This document shows, piece after piece, positions 49,124 through 56,785 of a DNA stretch of 56,785 bases (position 1 is its first letter; the number at the start of each line of letters is the position of its first letter). The position numbers and the translations under genes are program-made. Below the pieces are notes generated by a model that was not told the origin of the DNA, did no database searches, and saw only the letters and a program-made list of their open reading frames with translations. Origin of the DNA: Opitutaceae bacterium (GTDB lineage Bacteria > Verrucomicrobiota > Verrucomicrobiia > Opitutales > Opitutaceae); contig DASRHD010000047.1 in NCBI GenBank assembly GCA_035650695.1, forward strand, positions 1 to 56,785, in the 5' to 3' direction.

Positions 49124-51544
49124 TCACTCGGTGCGTAATGCGATCATCGGATCAATCCTCCCCGCCCGACGGGCGGGCAGCCAACAGGCGACCAGCGCAA
49201 CGGCGATGAGGAAACAGATGGTGGCAATCAGCACCGGCGGACTGTTGAAGTGCATGCCGGGAAATCCGGTGGCGATGAGGCGCGAAACAACCAGCGCGCA
49301 GAGCAGGCCGAGCGCCGACCCGAGCAGGGCCAGTTTCACCCCGGCAGTCAGCACGAGGCGGGTGATGCCCTGGGCACTCGCGCCCAAGGCGAGGCGGATG
49401 GCGAATTCGCCGGCACGCTGGGCCATCGTGCAGGCGATGACGCCGTAGATGCCGAGCGAGGCGAGACCGAGTCCGAGCGCCGCGATTGAGCCCAGGATTT
49501 CGCGGATGATGCCGAGCTGGAAATTCGCCTGGTAGATGGTCTCATCGGCGGTCTGGAGGTTTCGCACCGGCAGGTCCGGATCGAGATCCGCCATCGCCTG
49601 GCGGATACTGGCGACAACGGTGGCGGACGAGACGCCGGCGATGCGCACGGCGATTTCGTTTTGGCGGCGCGGCTCCTGGGCCAAGGGTTGGTAGAGTTGA
49701 AACGTCACCGGTCCCGGATTGGGAACCACGGATGTTACGTCAGCCACGACGCCGACGATCTCGCCCCATTGGAGATTGGGGCCACCGGCGGTGGCGAGGC
49801 GCCGCCCGATCGGGTTTTCCTTGCCGAAAAGTCCCGCGGCCATGGTTTGGTTGATGATGAAAACTTTTCCCGTGCCCGCGGTGTCGCGCTCGGTGAAGGC
49901 GCGCCCGGCGAGCACGCGCGTGCCGACGGTCTCAAAATAACGCGGCGTGACGCCGTTGACGACGGCCGTGGGTTCATGCCCCGGCGCCGGAGGCTCCCGG
50001 CCTTCGACCAAATACGGGCGGGCCTCGTACCATTTGAAGAAGGGGGTGTACGACGAAATGCTGGCGGAGACGACGCCCGGGAGGGCTTCGAGACGTTCCA
50101 CGATGAGCCGGTGGAAGGCGTTCATTCTCTCCGCATCAGGGTAGCCGGCGGCCGGGAGCACGACGGTGCCGGTGATGAGCGATTCGGAATTCCAGCCGGC
50201 TCGACGGCTGTTCAGCTCATCGACTCCACGGATGAAGAGGGCGGCCCCGGCAAGCAAAACCATCGCGAGGGCAAACTGGCCGACGATGAGAACGTCGCGG
50301 AAGTGCCGATGGCCGCGGTCGCCCGTCGTGCCGCGGCCACCGCTCTTGAGCGTTTCATTCAGGCCAAGCCGCATGGCAAAAAGTGCCGGAGCCAATCCGA
50401 AGGCGACGGCCGTGACGAGCGATGCCGCCAGCGCCCAGCCGAGCACGTGCCCGTCGAGGGTGAACACGATTCTCTCGCCGTTGTCCACGGTGGCGCGGAC
50501 GGAGAGGTAATCCGTGCTCCAGCGCGCGACAACGATGGCGCACAAGCCCCCGGCGAGGGCCAGCAACAGCGACTCCATGATCAGGGGACGCAGCAACTGC
50601 AGGCGCGAGGCGCCCAGGGCGGAGCGCACCGCAAATTCACGAGCGCGCGCGATCGTGCGGACCAGCAGGAGATTCGCCAAATTGGAACACGCGATGAGCA
50701 GCACAAAGCCGGAAAGGCCGACCAGCATCGGCATCATCACGACACCGGCCTTGGGCACGACCGAGTCGTTGAGCGGCACGGCACGCCAGGTGTTGCCGGC
50801 ATCGACTTCCGGATGGTCGGCGGCGAGGCGCGCGCCAAAATTGGCGATAAAACCCGCGGCTTCGGAGCGAGAAAGCCGGCTGGAACGCCGGCCGATCAGG
50901 CGGAGAACCAGGCTGCGACGGTCGGCGGACTTCTGCCGGTCGAGAGCCAGCGGCCGAAACAGATCGATCCCGCCAAGATGGCGGAAATCGTTAAACGAGG
51001 CGGGCAGCACTCCCACGATTTCATGCGGCTCGCCGTCGATGCGCAGGGTGCGGCCGATGATATCGGTCCTGCCGCCGAAGCGGTTCTGCCAGCAACGTTG
51101 ACTGATGATCACGACGCGATCGTTGCCCGGCGCGTCCTCCCGCGCCAGGAAGCCACGACCGAGCTGCGGCCTCACTCCGAGCGTGGAAAAGAAATTCGCC
51201 GAGGTGCGGACGGCCTTGGCCACCTCGGCGGGCTGTCCGGGTTCCGACAGGCTGGTATCTCCATAAGCGAAAGCGGCGATCTCACCATAGCCGTGCATCT
51301 CCCGCTGGAGATCGAGAAAATCAGCCGGCGACACACGGCCATCAGCATTCTGCGCGGTTGTGCGTTCGATGCTGTCGAGTTGCGCGCTGTTGGCATAAGG
51401 CAGGGGTTTCAACACAACCCGGTTGAGCATGCTGAACATCGCGGTATTCGCCCCGATCCCGAGCGCGAGCGTGAGCACGGCGACGGCGGTAAAGCCGGGC
51501 GACTTCGCGAGCTGGCGGAAGGCGTATTTGAGGTCGGAGAGCAT
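49124..51544 (-). CDS. ADOP-type duplicated FtsX/MacB-like ABC permease (ADOP-5)
   Basis: 806 aa. [19 protein letters not shown], two FtsX blocks, C-terminus RIDPMIALRTE. Confidence 0.9.
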   Translation of the reverse strand: MLSDLKYAFRQLAKSPGFTAVAVLTLALGIGANTAMFSMLNRVVLKPLPYANSAQLDSIERTTAQNADGRVSPADFLDLQREMHGYGEIAAFAYGDTSLSEPGQPAEVAKAVRTSANFFSTLGVRPQLGRGFLAREDAPGNDRVVIISQRCWQNRFGGRTDIIGRTLRIDGEPHEIVGVLPASFNDFRHLGGIDLFRPLALDRQKSADRRSLVLRLIGRRSSRLSRSEAAGFIANFGARLAADHPEVDAGNTWRAVPLNDSVVPKAGVVMMPMLVGLSGFVLLIACSNLANLLLVRTIARAREFAVRSALGASRLQLLRPLIMESLLLALAGGLCAIVVARWSTDYLSVRATVDNGERIVFTLDGHVLGWALAASLVTAVAFGLAPALFAMRLGLNETLKSGGRGTTGDRGHRHFRDVLIVGQFALAMVLLAGAALFIRGVDELNSRRAGWNSESLITGTVVLPAAGYPDAERMNAFHRLIVERLEALPGVVSASISSYTPFFKWYEARPYLVEGREPPAPGHEPTAVVNGVTPRYFETVGTRVLAGRAFTERDTAGTGKVFIINQTMAAGLFGKENPIGRRLATAGGPNLQWGEIVGVVADVTSVVPNPGPVTFQLYQPLAQEPRRQNEIAVRIAGVSSATVVASIRQAMADLDPDLPVRNLQTADETIYQANFQLGIIREILGSIAALGLGLASLGIYGVIACTMAQRAGEFAIRLALGASAQGITRLVLTAGVKLALLGSALGLLCALVVSRLIATGFPGMHFNSPPVLIATICFLIAVALVACWLPARRAGRIDPMIALRTE

Positions 51545-51656
51545 GGGAAAAAGTTGAGAGTCGAGAGCCGGAGGGCGGAAAACAGAAGTCAGAGATCAGA
51601 AGTCAGCGGTCAGATGCCGGACGGTGAGGTGGATTCGGTGGTTTGAACTTCAACCG
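51545..51656 (-). repeat. conserved ADOP intercistronic element, copy C (112 nt; 48-nt core 51609-51656)
   Basis: Core GTCAGATGCCGGACGGTGAGGTGGATTCGGTGGTTTGAACTTCAACCG abuts the ADOP-6 stop. The purine-rich (plus strand) tract is similar to copy A and ends GGGAAAAA next to the ADOP-5 ATG. Confidence 0.85.
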
Positions 51657-54095
51657 TTATTCGGCGCGGAGGGCTTCGATTGGATCGACGCGCGTGGCGC
51701 GGAATGCGGGCAGCAGGCAGGCGATGCTGGTGACGGCGAGTAGCAGAAGCGCGATGCCGGCGAAGACGCCCGGATCTTGAGCCGTGACACCGAAGAGGAG
51801 CGTGTTGAGCACGGTCGCCATCGCAAAGGATCCCGCGAGACCGAGCGCCACGCCAAGCGCGACGAGGCGAAGACCGCCCCCGAGCACGAGTCGCAACACG
51901 TCATGCCGCTGCGCACCGATCGCCAGACGGATACCGAACTCGCGGCGACGTTGCGCGACGGCGTAACTCAGCACGCCGTAGGTGCCAATGGCCGCCAACA
52001 CCAGCGCTGCCGCCGCAAAGAGGCTGGTGAGCAGCGCGGAGGAGCGCCGTTGGATCAGGCTGTCGTCGATGTAGCCCTGCATGGATCGGATGTCGTCGAC
52101 CGGGAGTTCCGGATCGAGGCGTTGCACCGTTTTTCGCAGCGTTGAGGTTATGGCGGCCGGCGCGAGACGGGTCCGCACGACGATCGTGATCGTGCGATTG
52201 GCATTATACCGGTAGGGAAAGTAGATCGAACCCAGTGGCGAGGTTTCGGCGAGTTCGGTTGTTTTCACATTCCCGACCACGCCAACGATGGTGAAGTTGT
52301 CGGCTTCCTGGAAGGTGGCATCCTTGGTGAAGCGGCGGCCGATCGCGTCGCCTTTCGGCCAGTAACGTTGAGCAAACGCCTCGTCCACGACGCAAACTCG
52401 CTGACGGCTGCTCTGGTCCGCCGCTTCCAGCCAACGACCCGCGCGCAACGGAATCCCGAGCGTCGATCCAAAATCACCATTGATCCAGAAACAGCGGTGC
52501 GCGCGAATCGAATCGCCCGGGCGAGCCGCGTATCCTTCCACCGTGACCACCGACGAGTTCGTCACGGCCTCCGGCGTGAAAGGGACCGCCGTCGTCGCCG
52601 CCACGGACTCCACACCCGGCTGCGCCTGCAATTCGCTGAGCAACCGTTGCTCGAAATCCAGGCGACTCGTTGTATCCTTGTAACGATTACCGGGAAGACT
52701 GAGCCGGCCGGCGAAAACATGCTCGGGCTGGAAACCCGGCGAAACGGCGAGCACGCGATGCAGGCTGACGCCGAGCAAGCCGGCGCCGGCCAACAGCACG
52801 AACGCGAGGGCAATTTGCGCAACGATGAAGCTCTGGCGCAGACGTTGGGCGGCGCGACCGGAAGTCCCGCCGCGAGAGCCGGATTGCAGCGCGAGCGCGA
52901 CGGGCTGGCGCAAATTGAACCAGATAATGGGGACAGCGAGAGCAGCGCCCACGAGGAGTGAGCCGAGCCAGGCCACGGCGGCGACGCGCCCGTCAAACGT
53001 CACTTGCGCCCCGAGCGGGAGTTCGTTCGTGCCGAGGATCGACAACAAATCGACGCCAAACGCGCCCGCCACTATGCCAACCGTGCCGCCGAGGATGCTC
53101 AGCAACAGCGTCTCTACCAGAACCTCGCGTATCACGTCGCGACAAGCGGCACCGAGCGCCTGACGTACCGCGAATTCCCGCGTCCGCCCGCTGGCCCGAA
53201 CCAGGAGGAGGTTGACCAAGTTCACGCCGCCGATGAGCAGCAGGCAAAGAGCGCCCGCTTGCAATAGCACGAGCGTCGGACGCACCGAACGCACGTGATC
53301 GGCGTGGAGCGAAGACACCGAAGCACGATAACCGGCTGCCTGCAGTTGAGTCGCCACGGGATCGTCGGCGAGTTGGCGGGCATCAAGGGCGCGAATCTGC
53401 GCCTGCGCGGTCTCGAGGGAAGCACCGGGCGCCAGGCGAGCGATGACGCGCGTGTTGCCGGTGTGTCGGCGATCGACGGCGCGCTCTCTGACTGGAGAAG
53501 CCAGCGGAAAGTACAGCTGTGCACGGCTGGAGAGGTAACGAAAATCACGGGGTAAGACGCCTACGATGGGAGCGTTCTGGCCATCAACCCGAAGCTCACG
53601 GCCAAGAATGTCCGGGTCGGCATTGAAATGGCTGCGCCAATAGGCATCGGTCAGCACCACGGCATTGCCCCCCAATTTATTCGTGTCTTCTTCGGTAAAG
53701 AATCGTCCCAGCGCCGGCTTGATTCCCAAAGTGGCAAAAAACTCCGAGGATACTCGCCCGCAGAGCACGCTGCTTGGAGCGTCGCCGGAACCGATTATGA
53801 CGCTGCCATTGCGCTCGGCGGAGACCGAAGCAAAGGCGGGAATGCCCGTGCGCCAATCATAGTAGTTGGGCAGCGAACCGTCGGCCCGGCTAATCCCGGC
53901 TCCCGGGTAGTCCTTCGTGACAATCACGAGCCGGTCCGCCTCGGGAAACGGCAACGGACGGAGCAGAATGGCATCGACGACGGCGAAGATGACGACGTTG
54001 GCCCCGATGCAGAGCGCGAGGGTGAGCAAAGCAACCGTCGTGAAGCCGGGCGATTTTGCGAGTTGCCGGAGGGCGTAGCGGAGATCGGAAAGCAT
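51657..54095 (-). CDS. ADOP-type duplicated FtsX/MacB-like ABC permease (ADOP-6; first in transcription order)
   Basis: 812 aa starting [19 protein letters not shown] at ATG 54095, in frame inside track ORF 51657-56105. Two FtsX blocks, C-terminus [11 protein letters not shown]. 5 nt after the ATPase stop. Confidence 0.9.
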   Translation of the reverse strand: MLSDLRYALRQLAKSPGFTTVALLTLALCIGANVVIFAVVDAILLRPLPFPEADRLVIVTKDYPGAGISRADGSLPNYYDWRTGIPAFASVSAERNGSVIIGSGDAPSSVLCGRVSSEFFATLGIKPALGRFFTEEDTNKLGGNAVVLTDAYWRSHFNADPDILGRELRVDGQNAPIVGVLPRDFRYLSSRAQLYFPLASPVRERAVDRRHTGNTRVIARLAPGASLETAQAQIRALDARQLADDPVATQLQAAGYRASVSSLHADHVRSVRPTLVLLQAGALCLLLIGGVNLVNLLLVRASGRTREFAVRQALGAACRDVIREVLVETLLLSILGGTVGIVAGAFGVDLLSILGTNELPLGAQVTFDGRVAAVAWLGSLLVGAALAVPIIWFNLRQPVALALQSGSRGGTSGRAAQRLRQSFIVAQIALAFVLLAGAGLLGVSLHRVLAVSPGFQPEHVFAGRLSLPGNRYKDTTSRLDFEQRLLSELQAQPGVESVAATTAVPFTPEAVTNSSVVTVEGYAARPGDSIRAHRCFWINGDFGSTLGIPLRAGRWLEAADQSSRQRVCVVDEAFAQRYWPKGDAIGRRFTKDATFQEADNFTIVGVVGNVKTTELAETSPLGSIYFPYRYNANRTITIVVRTRLAPAAITSTLRKTVQRLDPELPVDDIRSMQGYIDDSLIQRRSSALLTSLFAAAALVLAAIGTYGVLSYAVAQRRREFGIRLAIGAQRHDVLRLVLGGGLRLVALGVALGLAGSFAMATVLNTLLFGVTAQDPGVFAGIALLLLAVTSIACLLPAFRATRVDPIEALRAE

Positions 54096-54100
54096 GGGCT

Positions 54101-54796
<696 letters not shown>

Positions 54797-54799
54797 GGC

Positions 54800-56053
54800 C
54801 TAGTTGAGTTTGATGCGGTCGTTGGCGTCCCATTGGGACATGTCGGAAAGGATCACGCGGTCGCCGGGCTGGAGGCCCTTGACGATTTCGATCGTATTGA
54901 CGGAACTGCGGCCGAGTTCCACCTGCGTGCGTGCGGCGTAAACGCCGCCGGAATCGAGTTTGAAGATGCCCACGGTGCTTTTCTCCTCGCCGAAGGCGGG
55001 CCGGCCCACGTAAACGACGTCTTCGAGCCGTTCGAGCTCGATCGTGCCGTCGACCGAAAGATCGGGGCGCGCGCCCCGGGGCAGCGCGCCGGCCAGGGTC
55101 ACATCCACCGTGACCGTGCCGTTCTGGACGGAAGGATCGATGCGCGCGACCCGGCCGGTGACGATGCCGTTGCGCGTATCGATTGTCGCGGGTTGGCCGA
55201 TCTGGATGTCCCTTGCCTGGGTTTCGGCGATCTGCACCGCGGCCTTGAGGCGCGTCGGATCCGCCACGCGCGCGAGGTTGGTGCCGGGCTGCACGCGTGT
55301 GCCGACCTCCACCGGCACCAGTTGCAGGACGCCGTGCATGCCCGCCCGAACATTGAGGGCATCGGCTTCCGCGTGGCGGAGTTTCGCCTGGGCCCGGAGC
55401 TGGTCCACCGTGGCTTGTTTTGAAGCCAGTTGTGGCGCCATGGACTCCTTTGCGAAGGCGCAGCGCTTCTGCTGGATAGAGTTGACTGCCTCGGCCTGTT
55501 CGGCGGTGACCCTGGAAAGCTGCACGTTGAGATCGGACTCGAGTCCTTCCTTGAAAAGCTGGGCGGTGACCTCGGCCCTGAGACGGGCCTGATTGTAATT
55601 CGCCCTGGCGTTGGCCGCGTCGAACTCGGCCTGGAGTTCGCTGCTCTGCAACTGCACGCGCAGGTTTTCCAGGTCGGCTTCGGCGGCCTTGAGCTGGGAA
55701 TCGGCATCGATCGCCGCCTGCTCGACGTTGGGATTGCTCAGCACGAGGATGATGCTGTCCGGTGCCACGGTGGCGCCGGGGTTCAGGACGATGCGATCCA
55801 CGTGTCCCTCGGTGCGCGCCGGAATCCAGCTGATGTCCTCCGGCACCAGTGTGCCCAGGCCATGCACCTCGCGGATCATGGAGCCGCGTTTCACGCTGTC
55901 GATCCAGACCAGGCTGCGCTCGACCGAGGGCACGGCGGGCTTGAGCCGCGCGAGTCCGATCGTGATGCCAGTGAGCGCCAGCACCGTCGCACCGGCGGCG
56001 AGCAGGCGTTTTCTGAACTTGGCCTTGGCTTGGGATGGACGCGGAATATCCAT
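54800..56053 (-). CDS. periplasmic adaptor (HlyD/MacA family membrane fusion protein)
   Basis: N-terminal TM anchor ([19 protein letters not shown]), a long coiled-coil ([38 protein letters not shown]...) and a beta-barrel C-terminus. Confidence 0.9.
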   Translation of the reverse strand: MDIPRPSQAKAKFRKRLLAAGATVLALTGITIGLARLKPAVPSVERSLVWIDSVKRGSMIREVHGLGTLVPEDISWIPARTEGHVDRIVLNPGATVAPDSIILVLSNPNVEQAAIDADSQLKAAEADLENLRVQLQSSELQAEFDAANARANYNQARLRAEVTAQLFKEGLESDLNVQLSRVTAEQAEAVNSIQQKRCAFAKESMAPQLASKQATVDQLRAQAKLRHAEADALNVRAGMHGVLQLVPVEVGTRVQPGTNLARVADPTRLKAAVQIAETQARDIQIGQPATIDTRNGIVTGRVARIDPSVQNGTVTVDVTLAGALPRGARPDLSVDGTIELERLEDVVYVGRPAFGEEKSTVGIFKLDSGGVYAARTQVELGRSSVNTIEIVKGLQPGDRVILSDMSQWDANDRIKLN

Positions 56054-56090
56054 GGCTTGCCTCGTTATTTGCAGGCGCTGTGCCAGTACT

Positions 56091-56113
56091 AAAATCGGTG
56101 CACAACCGATTTT
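56091..56113. promoter_or_regulatory. perfect 9-bp inverted repeat (possible operator) upstream of the adaptor-ATPase-ADOP block
   Basis: AAAATCGGT-GCACA-ACCGATTTT, located 38-60 nt upstream of the adaptor ATG (56053) in an AT-rich 147-nt gap. Confidence 0.4.
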
Positions 56114-56200
56114 ATATTAACGACTAATATATTTCATGCGCAAACAGTCTCGGCTGAATTTAACCGGTTGCGGGACGCCGTCGTCCCAAAAGTGGGAAGG

Positions 56201-56785
56201 TCATGATGGATGTCCGGTCAGGGGCAGGCGCAAAATGGCGGTGCAGCCAGGCCCGTCGTCGCGATTATTCAAATCGAGCGAACCGCCATGATTCTCCGTG
56301 ATCTGCCGGCAAAGCACTAGGCCGATGCCGGAACCGTCAGGCTTGGTGGTGAAGAACGGAACGAATAAATTGGCGGTCTGGGCGACGCCGGGTCCGTCGT
56401 CCTCCACGCGGATTTCAACCATTCCGCCGTTTTGCCGCCAGCCCACGCGCACGCCCGCCTTAGGGCGGCCGGCGGCGCGCTGTTCGAGCGCCGCATCGAC
56501 CGCGTTTCTGGTCAGATTGATGAGCGCCTGTTCGATCTGCGCCGCGTCGCAGCGCAAGACAAGCGGCGGTCCGCCCGGCGAAGACACCGGCAGACGCGTT
56601 TCCAGGGCAATGATGCGCTGGACAAGTTTCGCCAGATCGCAGGGGGCGAACGCGGGCGGCGGCAGGCGTGCGAGGTTCGCATAAGCCTGGAGAAAACGGC
56701 CCAGGGCTTCCGCTCTCGCCACGATGATGTCCAACCCGGTGCGCAGATCCTTTTCCCAATCGGCCGGGCGCGGTTCGCGTCGCAG
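56201..56785 (-). CDS. sensor histidine kinase, C-terminal part (5' end outside window)
   Basis: HATPase_c boxes: N box NLTRNAVDA, G1 EDDGPGV, F box FVPFFTTK, G2 GSGIGL. The frame is open to the window edge. Confidence 0.85.
   Translation of the reverse strand: MRREPRPADWEKDLRTGLDIIVARAEALGRFLQAYANLARLPPPAFAPCDLAKLVQRIIALETRLPVSSPGGPPLVLRCDAAQIEQALINLTRNAVDAALEQRAAGRPKAGVRVGWRQNGGMVEIRVEDDGPGVAQTANLFVPFFTTKPDGSGIGLVLCRQITENHGGSLDLNNRDDGPGCTAILRLPLTGHPS

Noticed and set aside
49661-51646. 661-aa ORF on the plus strand
   Set aside because: Antisense to ADOP-5, with low-complexity composition. The same applies to 35072-36358 (antisense to the glycosidase), 27355-29076 (antisense to hypF) and 54056-55423 (antisense to the ATPase and adaptor).

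Overview
High-GC (roughly 65%) bacterial chromosomal segment with dense coding and no rRNA, tRNA, CRISPR array, transposase or integrase that I can see. The gene content (ADOP-type permeases, DUF1080-like and DUF4386 proteins, an S53 peptidase fused to FG-GAP repeats, a Gly-rich C-terminal sorting tail) fits a Verrucomicrobiota- or Acidobacteriota-like organism. Taxonomy cannot be settled without a database search.

Left half (1-31.9 kb):
- A partial helical-repeat protein, a beta-propeller protein and a secreted S53 peptidase with FG-GAP repeats.
- Pyruvate,phosphate dikinase (ppdK), divergent from a complete group-3d-type bidirectional [NiFe] hydrogenase operon hoxEFUYH, followed by a DUF4440-like gene and hoxW.
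- adk, a radical-SAM gene and a small membrane protein.
- A conventional MacAB-like module: adaptor, ATPase and two half-size FtsX permeases.
- A dihydroorotate-dehydrogenase-like gene translationally coupled to pyruvate:ferredoxin oxidoreductase (nifJ), and a PocR/AraC regulator.
- hypABFCD, with hypE inverted on the opposite strand.

Right half (32-56.8 kb), all on the minus strand:
- A PlcN/AcpA-type phosphoesterase and a clan GH-A glycosidase with a C-terminal sorting tail.
- An approximately 19-kb co-directional block: partial sensor kinase, HlyD-type adaptor, one ABC ATPase, six tandem ~800-aa duplicated FtsX ('ADOP') permeases interrupted by TPR and DUF4386 genes, and a terminal DUF1080-like gene.

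The ADOP block is the most unusual feature. A permease family described as 'orphan' is here physically attached to an ATPase and an adaptor. The array carries a near-identical 48-nt intercistronic element in three copies, a 38-nt identical 5' coding block, Shine-Dalgarno-less pyrimidine-rich leaders, and a relic of a seventh copy.

Many long ORFs in the six-frame track are antisense or out-of-frame shadows typical of high-GC DNA and were rejected.
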